Source of the DNA: an uncultured Actinomycetota bacterium
GTDB taxonomy: Bacteria; Actinomycetota; Actinomycetes; JAHEKZ01
Assembly (NCBI GenBank): GCA_963829525.1
Contig: CAWHIJ010000003.1
Location: forward strand, 2,560,001 to 2,624,000
Direction: 5' to 3'
Length of the DNA: 64,000 bases
Positions 27,781 through 37,588 of this stretch are shown one piece after another. A program made the position numbers and the translations under genes. A model generated the notes under the pieces. The model ran no database searches. It saw only the letters and a list, made by a program, of their open reading frames with translations, and was not told the DNA's origin. Position 1 is the stretch's first letter. Each line of letters starts with the position of its first letter.

Positions 27781-30378
27781 TCAGCGCGCCGCTAACGGCG
27801 CGGGGAGCACCCCTCCAGTGCGGATGGCCCTTTCGGACCTTTCTTTTGGGACCTGACCGTAGGTCGTGGTCCGCTGCCGCGCCGGGCGTCCGACATCGGC
27901 AGCCCAGGCAACCAGTTCGGACACCGCTGTGGCCGAGCCGTGAGAGCTCCCGGCCATCCGGCTGATGGTCTCCTCCATGAGCGTCCCGCCGAGGTCGTCG
28001 ACTCCGGCACCGAGCATGGTCTGGACACCGGTCGCGCCGAGCTTGACCCACGAGACCTGAATGTGGTCGATCCGACCGTGCAGCAGCAGCCGGGCCACCG
28101 CATGCACGGCCCTCGTCTCCGCAGCGGTCGGGCCCGCGCGGCCGATCCCGGCGAGGTAGAGCGGCGCTGACTGGTGGACGAACGGCAGCGGCACGAACTC
28201 GGTGAAGCCACCGACCCCCCTCGTCTTGGCCTTGTCCTGCACAGCCGCGAGCACCCGGAGATGCGTGAGCCAGTGGTCGGGACGATCGACGTGGCCGTAC
28301 ATCATCGTGCTGCTGGTGGGCAGCCCCAGCCGGTGCGCGGACTCGACCACCTCGACCCAGGTCGCGGTCGGCAGCTTGCCCTTGGTCAGCACCCAGCGCA
28401 CGTCGTCGTCGAGGATCTCCGCGGCGGTGCCGGGAAGTGACCCAAGACCGGCCTCCTGCAGCGCCGCCAAGAACTCCGGGATCGACGTCCCGGCATGAGC
28501 TGCCCCCGTTGCCACCTCCATCGGGCTGAACGCGTGGACGTGCATCTCCGGGAGCGCTGCCTTGATGGCGCGGACCAGGTCGAAGTAGTGCGACGCCGGG
28601 ATCTGCGGGTCGATGCCGCCCTGCATGCAGACCTCGGTGGCGCCGAGCTCCCAAGCCTCCTCTGCCCGCGTCGCGACTTCGTCGATGGAGAGCGAGTACG
28701 CGTCGGCATCGGAGCGACGCTGGGCGAAAGCGCAGAACCGGCAGCCGGTGTAGCAGACGTTGGTGAAGTTGATGTTGCGGTTGACGACGTAGGTGACCTC
28801 GTCGCCGACCACGTCGCGACGCAGGTCGTCGGCGATAGCAGCCACGGCGTCGAGGTCGGCATCCTCGGCCGCCAGGATCGCCAGCGCTAGTCGTTCGTTC
28901 TCGGGATGGAGCAGCGCGGCCGGATCAGTCTCGGCAACGCGGAGCGCGTCCCGGACGTCGGCGGCCATCCGGCTCGCGGCCGGGGAGCTCGCGGCCGGGG
29001 AGCTCGCGGCCACCGCATCCCACGAACCGAAGGCGTCGTCGAAGTCGCTGCGCACCGCCTGACCTGCGCCCTTCGATGTCGATGCTGGCGTGCAGGTCGA
29101 CGCGCCCCAAGTCATCCAGTCGATCCGGCTCCTGCCAGGGCAGCCCGCTCGGCCGAACCCCTTCTCGGGCGAGGCCGCCGTCGTCGGCGAGCGCGTCGAC
29201 GTGCGGCTGCACACGGGGGTCGAGCCAAGGCTCACCGCGCTGCGCGTAGGAAGGATGGACGGTGAGCCGCTCGCGCAGCACGAACCCCGGCCTCGCCGTC
29301 TGGTGAGCCAGGACCTGCAGGTGCGGCCAGGGCCGCTCCGGGTTGACGTGGTCGGGAGTCAGCGGGCTGACCCCTCCCCAGTCGTCGACCCCGGCAGCGA
29401 GCAGCCTCGGCAGCACATCGAGGTCGGAGAGGTTGGGCGGCACCTGGACCCGCATGGACGGGCCGAGCACCACCCGCGCGACCGCGACCGTCGCGAGGTA
29501 GTCGTCGGCTCCCGCATCAGCGGCGCTGGCCATCGCGGTGCCGGGCTTGGCCCGGAAGTTCTGGACGATGACCTCCTGCACGTGGCCATGGCGCGATGAG
29601 CCGACCGCATGGCGAGCAGCGACTCAGCGCGCTCGACGAGCGTCTCGCCGATCCCGACCAGCACCCCGGTGGTGAACGGGACCGACAGCCGGCCGGCGTC
29701 CTCGAGCACCCTGAGCCGCACCGCAGGCTCCTTGTCGGGCGACCCGTGGTGCGGCGCCCCGGGCTCAGACCACAGCCGGTTGCTGGTCGTCTCGAGCATC
29801 AGACCCATCGACGGCGCGACCGGCTTGAGGCGAAGGAGCTCGTCCCACGTCATGACGCCAGGGTTCAGGTGCGGCAGCAGCCCGGTCTCCTCGAGCACCA
29901 GAACCGCCATCGCGCGGACGTAGTCCAGGGTGGTGTCGTAGCCGGCTTCGTCGAGCCAGGCACGTGCCTGGGGCCAGCGCTCCTCCGGGCGGTCGCCCAG
30001 GGTGAACAGCGCCTCCTTGCACTCGTCAGCGGCCCCGCTGCGCGCGATCGCCAGCACCTCGTCGGGCGACAGGTACGGCGCAGGCAGCTCCCTGGGGGCA
30101 GCGGCGAACGTGCAGTAGTGGCACCGGTCTCGGCAGAGCCGGGTCAGTGGGATGAAGACCTTGCGCGAGTACGTGATGACTCCGGGGCGTCCAGCATCTG
30201 CGAGCCCGCGGTCGCGCAGATTCGACGCCACGCGCATCAGGGCATCGAGCTCGGAACCTCGGGCTGCCATGAGCGCGGCAGCCTCCTGCGCATCAAGCTC
30301 CTTGCCCTGTTCGGCTCGACGGAGCGCCCGGCCGGTCTCTGTCGCAGTCGGCCAATGTTCGGACTTTGGGGGAGGCAT
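27781..30378 (-). pseudogene. fbiC: FO synthase FbiC (CofG-CofH fusion) interrupted by two compensating frameshifts (possibly sequencing error)
   Basis: CofG radical-SAM CRDRCHYC in 29359..30378, [11 protein letters not shown]...[17 protein letters not shown] in another frame (28925..29581), CofH CYTGCRFC...[14 protein letters not shown] in 27781..29235. 1-nt loss near 29592 and 1-nt gain near 29060. Confidence 0.9.
28972..29011. repeat. 15-bp tandem repeat (about 2.7 copies) in the fbiC interdomain linker
   Basis: Unit GCTCGCGGCCGGGGA; encodes [13 protein letters not shown]. Confidence 0.9.
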
Positions 30379-30391
30379 CTGCCGAGAGTAC

Positions 30392-30407
30392 GTCAGCGTT
30401 CGGTAAG
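30392..30407. promoter_or_regulatory. Candidate OmpR/PhoB-type direct-repeat box
   Basis: GTCAG-N6-GTAAG (11-bp period) between the divergent fbiC and secreted-protein promoters. Confidence 0.4.
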
Positions 30408-30495
30408 GACCTCGTCATCGCTTTGCCCTCGGATCACCGGCCGCCCCTGCCTAGCGTCGGGGTGCCCACTTGAAATCCTCGTTCTAAGGAATCCC

Positions 30496-30912
30496 ATGAA
30501 CATGTCCCAGATCGCGGCCGCAGCTGCCGCGATGGTTCTGACCGCTGCCCCACTGGCGGTCGCGTTGCCTGCCCAGGCAGACAGCAGCAACCCCCAAGGT
30601 GCCAACTTCGGAAAGCTCTACTACGACGGGTCCGTTGTCCGAACCGTTGCCACCCCGACGAGCCAGCCTGGACAAGGCGTTGACGCGATCTACCCAGTCA
30701 CCGACGGAGTCCCCGGGCAGCTGGCCGTGACCTCGGCCGCACCCGGCGACAACTACCACGGTGGCCGCTGGGCCGTGAACGTCGTCAGCTGGAACACGTC
30801 GCCTTACCTACTGACCTCTGATGAGGCAGTACTGGAGGCAGCCGAGGCCGGCCACGTGACTATCACCCGGATGCCAGTCGCAGACTTCGTCTGCCCGGTC
30901 GCCGGTCGCTGA
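30496..30912 (+). CDS. Small secreted protein of unknown function (138 aa)
   Basis: RBS AAGGA, ATG 30496, signal peptide ending AQA-D; HGGRW.V..V.W...LLTS...V..A...G.V.I....FVCPV. Confidence 0.8.
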   Translation: MNMSQIAAAAAAMVLTAAPLAVALPAQADSSNPQGANFGKLYYDGSVVRTVATPTSQPGQGVDAIYPVTDGVPGQLAVTSAAPGDNYHGGRWAVNVVSWNTSPYLLTSDEAVLEAAEAGHVTITRMPVADFVCPVAGR

Positions 30913-30925
30913 CCGCGGAGGAGGG

Positions 30926-31720
30926 GTGCTCACGGCCATGCACACGTACGCTGGCGCCGTGAGCACCCCCTCGGACTCGACCTTGCCGTCGATTCCGGCG
31001 CCCGTTGCTTCCCCAGCAACGGTGCTCGTGGTCGATGACGACCACACTGTGGCCGAGGTGGTGGTCACGTATCTCGATCGAGCCGGCCTGCGGGCCGTCC
31101 ACGTCAGCGACGGTGGGTCGGCGTTGTCGGCCTTCGAGGCGGAGTCTCCTGACCTGGTGGTGCTCGACCTCATGCTGCCCGACCTCGACGGGCTCGAAGT
31201 CTGCCGACGACTACGTGCAACATCGGACGTTCCCGTCATCATGCTCACCGCACTCGGTGGCGAGGTTGACCGTGTCCTAGGGCTCGAGGTGGGTGCCGAC
31301 GACTACGTGACCAAGCCGTTCAGTCCACGCGAGCTCGTGTTACGCGTGCAGTCGGTGCTGCGCCGCTCGGTGAAGGAATCCGGCGGTCCGGCGGCACCTC
31401 TCCACGATCTGGTGTTGCGCGACGGCGACCTCGTACTCGACACCAGGGCGCACACCGCCAGGCGCGGCGGAGAGACGCTCCCCCTGACGGGCCGCGAATT
31501 CGACCTTCTCGCGTTCCTTCTGTCCAACCCGGGGCGCGCATTCACCAGAGCTGAGCTGATGGAGCAGGTCTGGGGCTGGTCGTTCGGCGACCAGTCGACG
31601 GTAACCGTGCACGTCAGGAGGCTTCGCGAGAAGATCGAGCCGGTTCCCACCACTCCCACCCGGCTGATGACCGTGTGGGGCGTCGGCTACCGCTGGGATC
31701 ACGTCAAGGGAGCTCTGTGA
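30926..31720 (+). CDS. OmpR/PhoB-family response regulator
   Basis: [53 protein letters not shown] 30959 is an alternative start. Confidence 0.95.
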   Translation: MLTAMHTYAGAVSTPSDSTLPSIPAPVASPATVLVVDDDHTVAEVVVTYLDRAGLRAVHVSDGGSALSAFEAESPDLVVLDLMLPDLDGLEVCRRLRATSDVPVIMLTALGGEVDRVLGLEVGADDYVTKPFSPRELVLRVQSVLRRSVKESGGPAAPLHDLVLRDGDLVLDTRAHTARRGGETLPLTGREFDLLAFLLSNPGRAFTRAELMEQVWGWSFGDQSTVTVHVRRLREKIEPVPTTPTRLMTVWGVGYRWDHVKGAL

Positions 31721-32733
31721 AGCCCTGGGCTGCGGTCGCCGTCACGGCCATCGCCAGCAGCGCCGTCGTCGGCGCGATCGGGCTCCTCCTCCTGCACCTG
31801 CTGGGACGCCGGTCGGCTCGTACACTCGCATGGCTGGCGCCGGTCACCGCGGTGCTCGCCGTGGTGGTGGGGGTAGTGGCCACCGCGCGGCGGATGTTCC
31901 TTTCCTCACACGATCTGGGCGTCGTGCTCGTGGTGTGTGGCGCGGCCGGGGTGGTGGCGGTGGGCATCGGGCTCCTCCTGGCACGGCGAGTCGACCAGAT
32001 CGAGCAGCACGCTCGCGAACTTGCTGAGGAGCAGGCGCGGGCGGAGGAGGCCGAGCGGACCCGACGTGAGCTTGTTGCGTGGGTGTCGCATGACCTGCGC
32101 ACTCCGTTGGCTGGTATGCGGGCCATGACCGAGGCCCTCGAGGATGGCCTGGCGCCGGACCCCGAGCGCTACCATCGACAGCTGCGTACCGAGGTAGAAC
32201 GACTCACCAACATGGTCGACGACCTGTTCGAGCTGTCGCGCATCAACGCCGGAGCTCTACGCCTGGTGCCCGAACAGATCTCACTCAGCGACGTCGTTGG
32301 CGATGTCATCGCCGCCGCCGCTCCGCTCGCAGTTGCTCGAGGCGTCTCCATCGAGGCGGTGGCGTCGCCGCAGAGTCCCGACACGATCACCGCCGACGAG
32401 CGCGAGCTACGTCGGGCGATAGCCAACCTGGTCTCCAACGCCGTCCGTCACACCCCCCACGACAGCAAGGTGCACGTGGCTGCGTCTGTTATCGGCGGAA
32501 CGGCGTCGGTCACGGTGACCGACGCTTGCGGGGGAATCCCCGACGCCGACCTCGCGCGGGTCTTCGAAGCCGGCTATCGAGGTGACCAGGCCCGCACACC
32601 GGATCCGGACGGTGGTGCCGGGCTCGGGCTGGCGATCGTTCAGGGAATCGTCAACGCACATGGCGGCGAAGTCGACGTACGGAACGTCAGCGGTGGGTGC
32701 CGCTTCACGGTGCGGATCGCGGCGTCCAGCTGA
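31717..32733 (+). CDS. Sensor histidine kinase (intramembrane-sensing type)
   Basis: Three hydrophobic segments without an extracellular domain, [25 protein letters not shown]; GTGA overlap with the regulator. Confidence 0.93.
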   Translation: MKPWAAVAVTAIASSAVVGAIGLLLLHLLGRRSARTLAWLAPVTAVLAVVVGVVATARRMFLSSHDLGVVLVVCGAAGVVAVGIGLLLARRVDQIEQHARELAEEQARAEEAERTRRELVAWVSHDLRTPLAGMRAMTEALEDGLAPDPERYHRQLRTEVERLTNMVDDLFELSRINAGALRLVPEQISLSDVVGDVIAAAAPLAVARGVSIEAVASPQSPDTITADERELRRAIANLVSNAVRHTPHDSKVHVAASVIGGTASVTVTDACGGIPDADLARVFEAGYRGDQARTPDPDGGAGLGLAIVQGIVNAHGGEVDVRNVSGGCRFTVRIAASS

Positions 32734-33520
32734 TCGTCACGACGTCGCGGTGGTAGCCGGGGTCGATGTCGGCCAGCGCCGCGGCAACGTCCGGTTCACG
32801 GTCGGCGGGCAGACAGAGCCGCTGTGCCACCAGCTCGGCCCGCTGTTCGAGTGATTCGCTGTCCGAGCCGTCCGCGGCGACCCTGTCCCCGACATTGGCC
32901 CAGTACTCGGCGCGCAGGTCAGCGACATCCATGGCGCTCAAGATCTCCACGAGGTCCCCCGCGATCGGAGCCACGGGTCTTTCCAGGTCGTGGAACATCT
33001 TCCAGAGCGGGTTCATCCACGACAGCGGGTGGTGCGGCGGCAGTTCGAGAACGACTCGGCGCTTGGCCTTGGCGTCGAGCGCCGCCAGGAAGGGCACGAT
33101 GTCGGCCACGTTGTACACGACGTGATGTACCACCACGACGTCATGCTCGGCTACCTCCGCAGCTACCTCAGGCCATGTCCCGAGCACTTCGTCGTGCTCA
33201 ACTCCGGCCGCAGCTGCACGCTCGGCGAACGCCTCCAACATGGGGGCCTTGCCGTCGACGGCGGTCATCGACGTGGCCCAGGGTGCCAGCGGAAGAGAGG
33301 CTGCCCCCGCACCGGCGCCGACATCGAGCACCGAGCCCGGGTCGGACCGGAGTACTTCGGCGGCCCGCTCGAACGAGATACCGCCTGGATCACTAACTGC
33401 TCGATCAGCACGGCCAGAAAACCGCGCGACGGGAAGCATCCAAGGATCGCGCGTTGCGGCGCCGGCGATGTGCGGCGGGATGGTCCACCCCGCCAACGCT
33501 TCCGTCCAGCGCTGGGCCAT
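32705..33520 (-). CDS. Class I SAM-dependent methyltransferase
   Basis: [13 protein letters not shown]...[14 protein letters not shown]. Start ATG 33520 or GTG 33547. Confidence 0.85.
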   Translation of the reverse strand: MAQRWTEALAGWTIPPHIAGAATRDPWMLPVARFSGRADRAVSDPGGISFERAAEVLRSDPGSVLDVGAGAGAASLPLAPWATSMTAVDGKAPMLEAFAERAAAAGVEHDEVLGTWPEVAAEVAEHDVVVVHHVVYNVADIVPFLAALDAKAKRRVVLELPPHHPLSWMNPLWKMFHDLERPVAPIAGDLVEILSAMDVADLRAEYWANVGDRVAADGSDSESLEQRAELVAQRLCLPADREPDVAAALADIDPGYHRDVVTISWTPRSAP

Positions 33521-33562
33521 GGCCGAAAGATCTGCGGGTCTGCTCACTGACAAGATGCTGCC

Positions 33563-34546
33563 ATGCATATCGTCGCATTGGCAGGGGGCATCGGCGGGGC
33601 TCGCTTTCTGCGGGGCCTCCGTCAACATCTGGCGGTCCGCGACGACGAGTTGGCGGGCGCCGACATCACCGTGATCGGCAACACCGCCGACGACATCACC
33701 TTGTTCGGCCTGCGGGTCTGCCCCGACCTCGACACCGTGATGTACACCCTGGGCGGGGGCATCCACGAGGAGCAGGGGTGGGGGCGGGCCGAAGAAACGT
33801 TCTCCGTCAGTGCAGAGCTGGCGGCGTACGAGGTGCCGCCCGACTGGTTCACCCTCGGCGACCGCGACATCGCCACCCACATCGTGCGCACGCAGATGCT
33901 GCGCGCCGGCTGGTCGCTGACCGATGTCACGGCCGCCCTGTGTTCGCGTTGGCAGCCCGGGGTGCGGCTGCTTCCGATGAGTGACGATCCCGTCGAGACG
34001 CATGTCGTCGTTCTCGACGACAGCGGAACACGTGAGGCTCTGCACTTCCAGGAGTGGTGGGTACGTGAGCAGGCCAAGCGCCCCGCCCAGGAGTTCGTCT
34101 ACCTCGGTGCGGCTGAAGCGAAGCCAACTGTTGCGGTGCTCGACGCACTCCGCGACGCCGACGTGGTGCTGCTACCACCGTCGAATCCCGTCGTCAGCAT
34201 CGGCGCGATCCTGCAGGTCGACGGCATCGCCGATGCGCTGCGGGGCGTGGCGGCATCTGTTGTCGGAGTCTCGCCGATCATCGCGGGAGCGCCGGTTCGA
34301 GGGATGGCCGACGCATGCCTGTCCGCCATCGGCGTCGAGACCTCGTCAGCGGCGGTGGCCGCTCACTACGGCGCGCGCATCGCAGGTGGGCTGCTAGACG
34401 GTTGGCTCGTCGCCGACGAAGATGCGTCGGCGCCCGCCCCGGCTGGAGTCGTCCAACGGTCCCGGCCGCTTCTGATGACCGCGATTGAGGACGCTGCGGC
34501 GATTGCTGGTGCTGCGCTCGACCTCGCCATCGACTTACGTCGTTGA
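33563..34546 (+). CDS. cofD: 2-phospho-L-lactate/phosphoenolpyruvate transferase CofD/FbiA
   Basis: LAGGIGGARFL, GLRVCPDLDTVMYTL, HFQEWWV, PSNPVVSI, GMADACL. Confidence 0.96.
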   Translation: MHIVALAGGIGGARFLRGLRQHLAVRDDELAGADITVIGNTADDITLFGLRVCPDLDTVMYTLGGGIHEEQGWGRAEETFSVSAELAAYEVPPDWFTLGDRDIATHIVRTQMLRAGWSLTDVTAALCSRWQPGVRLLPMSDDPVETHVVVLDDSGTREALHFQEWWVREQAKRPAQEFVYLGAAEAKPTVAVLDALRDADVVLLPPSNPVVSIGAILQVDGIADALRGVAASVVGVSPIIAGAPVRGMADACLSAIGVETSSAAVAAHYGARIAGGLLDGWLVADEDASAPAPAGVVQRSRPLLMTAIEDAAAIAGAALDLAIDLRR

Positions 34547-35850
34547 GCCGCATGGCGTCGCTGGGTCACGGGGGTAGCTTCCACGTCGTCGCGCTCGAGC
34601 GGATGCCGGAGATCACCGCGGGCCACGACCTCGCGAGGTCCATCCTCTCGGCTCAACCAGGACTGCAGGACGGCGACATCGTGGTGGTGTCGAGCAAGGT
34701 GGTGAGCAAGGCAGAGGGACGCGTCGTCACTGGTGTCACGCGCGACGAGGTTATCTCCGGCGAAATCGTGCGAGTCGTCGCAGAGCGCGACGGTCTCACG
34801 ATCGTCGAGACGCGCCACGGCCTTGTGCTAGCAGCAGCTGGCGTCGACGCGAGCAACGTCGCAGAGGGGTCGTTGGTGCTGCTGCCCGAGGACGCTGACG
34901 CCTCTGCGCGGGCACTGCGCTCGGCGCTGCAAGTGGCGGCCGGTTGCACGCTGGGGGTCATCGTCACCGATACCGCGGGACGTCCGTGGCGGCTCGGCCA
35001 GACCGACATCGCGATCGGCGCAGCCGGCGTCACCCCGCTGCAGGATCTCCGCGGCACGTCAGACATGCAAGGCCGGATGCTGGAGGTCACAGTGCCAGCC
35101 GTCGCCGATGAGATCGCCGCTGCTGCCGAGCTCGTGATGGGCAAGGCAGCGGGAACTCCGGTCGCAGTCGTCCGGGGGCTCGGTCAGTTCGTGCAGGAGT
35201 CCGACGGTCCAGGCGCGCGAGCCATTGTTCGACCGCGCGACGAGGACCTGTTCTCGCATGGCTCGCGCGATGTGGTGCGTTCGCGGCGAACCGTACGCGC
35301 CTTCACCGATGCTCCAGTGCCGCGTGATGTCATCACCGCTGCTGTTGCTGATGCCATCACCGCGCCGGCCCCGCACCACTCAGCGCCCTGGCGGTTCGTC
35401 CTCGTATCCGACGACCGCCGAACAGGACTGCTCGACGCCATGGCTGACCAGTGGCGGGATGACCTGCGCGTAGATGGAGTCGATGAGGCGTCCATCGAGG
35501 GCCGCATCGCCAGGGGCGATCTCCTGCGAGCGGCACCGTCGCTTGTGGTCCCGTGTCTCGTCGACGATGGCTCGGCGGTGTATGCCGATGACCGGCGCTC
35601 CACCGCCGAGCATGTGATGTTCCTGCTCGCCATGGGCGCGGGGATCGAGAACTTTCTCGTGTCGTTGGCGGTTCAAGGTGTGGGGTCGGCATGGGTCTCG
35701 TCAACGATCTTCTGTCCTGACGTCGCGTGCGCTGCGCTCGACCTTCCTGCCGGCTGGCAACCCATGGGTGCGATTGCCGTGGGGTATGCGGCAGGGGCGC
35801 CGACCCCTCGCGCGCCACGTGATCCTGGCGACTTCGTCGTGGAGAGATAG
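34543..35850 (+). CDS. fbiB: F420-0:gamma-glutamyl ligase FbiB (CofE + nitroreductase domain)
   Basis: SKVVSKAEG, AAAGVDASN, TDTAGRPWRLG, then RRTVRAF..APAPHHSAPWRF nitroreductase domain. Confidence 0.95.
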   Translation: MSRMASLGHGGSFHVVALERMPEITAGHDLARSILSAQPGLQDGDIVVVSSKVVSKAEGRVVTGVTRDEVISGEIVRVVAERDGLTIVETRHGLVLAAAGVDASNVAEGSLVLLPEDADASARALRSALQVAAGCTLGVIVTDTAGRPWRLGQTDIAIGAAGVTPLQDLRGTSDMQGRMLEVTVPAVADEIAAAAELVMGKAAGTPVAVVRGLGQFVQESDGPGARAIVRPRDEDLFSHGSRDVVRSRRTVRAFTDAPVPRDVITAAVADAITAPAPHHSAPWRFVLVSDDRRTGLLDAMADQWRDDLRVDGVDEASIEGRIARGDLLRAAPSLVVPCLVDDGSAVYADDRRSTAEHVMFLLAMGAGIENFLVSLAVQGVGSAWVSSTIFCPDVACAALDLPAGWQPMGAIAVGYAAGAPTPRAPRDPGDFVVER

Positions 35851-35886
35851 GCGTTCTGCACAGCTACGGAAGACTCCGCACGGAAG

Positions 35887-35909
35887 TTGTCAGACGCTTG
35901 GTCTAGCGT
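35887..35909 (+). promoter_or_regulatory. PafBC-type (RecA-NDp) DNA-damage promoter
   Basis: TTGTCAG-N10-TAGCGT matches TGTCGG-N10-TA-N3-T with one mismatch, upstream of the HNH gene. Confidence 0.65.
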
Positions 35910-36032
35910 AGGTATTGGTCGATTCGATCCAGGATAACGGCGCAGCCGAGTAGTGCGGGTGAGTTGCGCAGATGAGTAGCGGCGATGGCGACCACCGTCC
36001 GTTGATTCCGCACTCACGCCGCGAGGTCGTCG

Positions 36033-37493
36033 TTGTCCCTGTCACCGCTGCCACCGCCTGTTGACCGGTCCGGGTCATTCGGATCGGCGAACGGCGCAGT
36101 GTCGTCGAACGGCGCAGTGTCGTCGAACGGCGCAGTGTCGTCGAACGGCGCAGTGTCGTCGAACGGCGCAGTGTCGGCCGTTCTGGCAGAAGCCGTCGCC
36201 GCCGCGGTCGGCGTTGACCCGCACGCGCTGACCGCCACCGAACGCAAGTCCCGCCTGACCGAGCTGCGCGCCGCGATCGACGCCCTCGAGGTCGCCTTCG
36301 ACACCATCGTGGCCGCTGCCGACACCGCTGGAGACGGCCAGCTTCTCGATGGGGCCACCTCCACCGGGGCGTGGCTCCGACACACCCTGCACCTGACACC
36401 CCGCGACGCAGCCAGCCACGTCCGCACCGCCCGGATGCTCGGCCATGGCCGGGCGCCTGCAGGTCCGGCAGCTGCAGCGGTGCTGGCCGGAACCATCAGC
36501 TACTCCCACCTTCAAGCGATCACCAGCACTCTCGCCGACCTGACCGACCACCCCGGTCTTCCCCTCAGCGCACATACCCAGGCGGTGGAGTTGATGGTCG
36601 ACCTCGCCACCCAGGTCGACCCATCCGGCCTGCGAGCCGCCGCGCGGCACCTGCGCTACGTCCTGGACCCCGACCGCGGCAAAGCCGACCACGACCGACA
36701 GACCCAGGCCCGCCGCGCCTCCCTCGCCCCACTCCTCGACGGCACCTGGCGCCTGGAGATGCTCACCACCGCCGAAGGCGGTGCCCTGCTGAGCCAGCTG
36801 CTGGCCGCCACCGGCGCACCCACCAGCGCGGACGACGCACGCACCCCGGCCCAACGCCGTCACGACGCGCTGATCGACGCCCTCCAAGCCGCGGCACAGT
36901 CCGACCAGCTCCCCGTCGCGAACGGGCTCAGCCCCCGAATCCTCATCACCGCGCCACCGCAGGCTTTCCTCCCCACAAACACCCGCAACCAGGCCCACGG
37001 CAACGACAACGACCCGCTCGGCAGCGGCACAAGCATCACCGGTCCTAACACCCTTCGGTGGCGCCCAGCCCGCTTCGCCGACGGCACTCCGGTCCCGGGA
37101 CCGCTCTTCGACCACCTCGCCTGCAACCCCACCTTGACCCGCATCCTGCAAGAACCCGCCGGCGCCGTCCTCGACGTCGGTCGCGACCACCGGTTCTTCA
37201 CCGGCGCCCAACGCACCGCCCTCTGGGCCCGCGACCGCGGCTGCCGCTTTCCCGGTTGCACTGCCCCCTGGACCCACGCTCACCACATCACCGGCTGGAA
37301 AGACGGCGGTACCACTGACCTCGCCAACGGCCTCCTCCTATGTGGCCACCACCACCGCGCCGTTCACGACGGCAACTGGGCCATCACCGCAGGTGCAGAA
37401 GGCGCCAACGGCACCATCACCTTCACCCACCCGCAACGAATCACGACCCACCACAGCCCCATCCCCCCACCTGACCCCCTCGCGATCGAGTAA
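36033..37493 (+). CDS. DUF222 + HNH endonuclease (13E12-repeat-like)
   Basis: RTPAQRRHDAL, LDVGR..R.FT..QR.AL..RDRGCRFPGC, HHI..W.DGG.TDLAN..LLC..HH..VH. Start uncertain (TTG 36033 to GTG 36171). Confidence 0.92.
   Translation: MSLSPLPPPVDRSGSFGSANGAVSSNGAVSSNGAVSSNGAVSSNGAVSAVLAEAVAAAVGVDPHALTATERKSRLTELRAAIDALEVAFDTIVAAADTAGDGQLLDGATSTGAWLRHTLHLTPRDAASHVRTARMLGHGRAPAGPAAAAVLAGTISYSHLQAITSTLADLTDHPGLPLSAHTQAVELMVDLATQVDPSGLRAAARHLRYVLDPDRGKADHDRQTQARRASLAPLLDGTWRLEMLTTAEGGALLSQLLAATGAPTSADDARTPAQRRHDALIDALQAAAQSDQLPVANGLSPRILITAPPQAFLPTNTRNQAHGNDNDPLGSGTSITGPNTLRWRPARFADGTPVPGPLFDHLACNPTLTRILQEPAGAVLDVGRDHRFFTGAQRTALWARDRGCRFPGCTAPWTHAHHITGWKDGGTTDLANGLLLCGHHHRAVHDGNWAITAGAEGANGTITFTHPQRITTHHSPIPPPDPLAIE
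36088..36176. repeat. 18-bp perfect tandem repeat (about 5 copies)
   Basis: Unit CGAACGGCGCAGTGTCGT x4 plus 17/18; encodes (NGAVSS)n in the HNH frame. Confidence 0.95.
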
Positions 37494-37588
37494 CGACAGT
37501 TCGTTCCTCCGGACGATTCGCTCGGCGCACACGAGGGGGAACCCGGCTCACCTGAAACCGCAACCGCGCCTGAGCCCCCGCCCCGCAA

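Noticed and set aside
29596-30495. N-terminal 300 aa of the 438-aa + strand ORF 29596..30912
   Set aside because: Antisense to fbiC; the real gene starts at ATG 30496 with an RBS and signal peptide.
33548-34045. Extension of the methyltransferase ORF to 446 aa
   Set aside because: Antisense to cofD; homology-like sequence begins near 33520.
36088-36176. Possible CRISPR array or SOS-box array
   Set aside because: The units are contiguous with no spacers, no cas genes are present, and TCGAAC is not followed by N4-GTTCGA.
36075-37286. 403-aa antisense ORF opposite the HNH gene
   Set aside because: Shadow ORF of a high-GC gene; no motifs.
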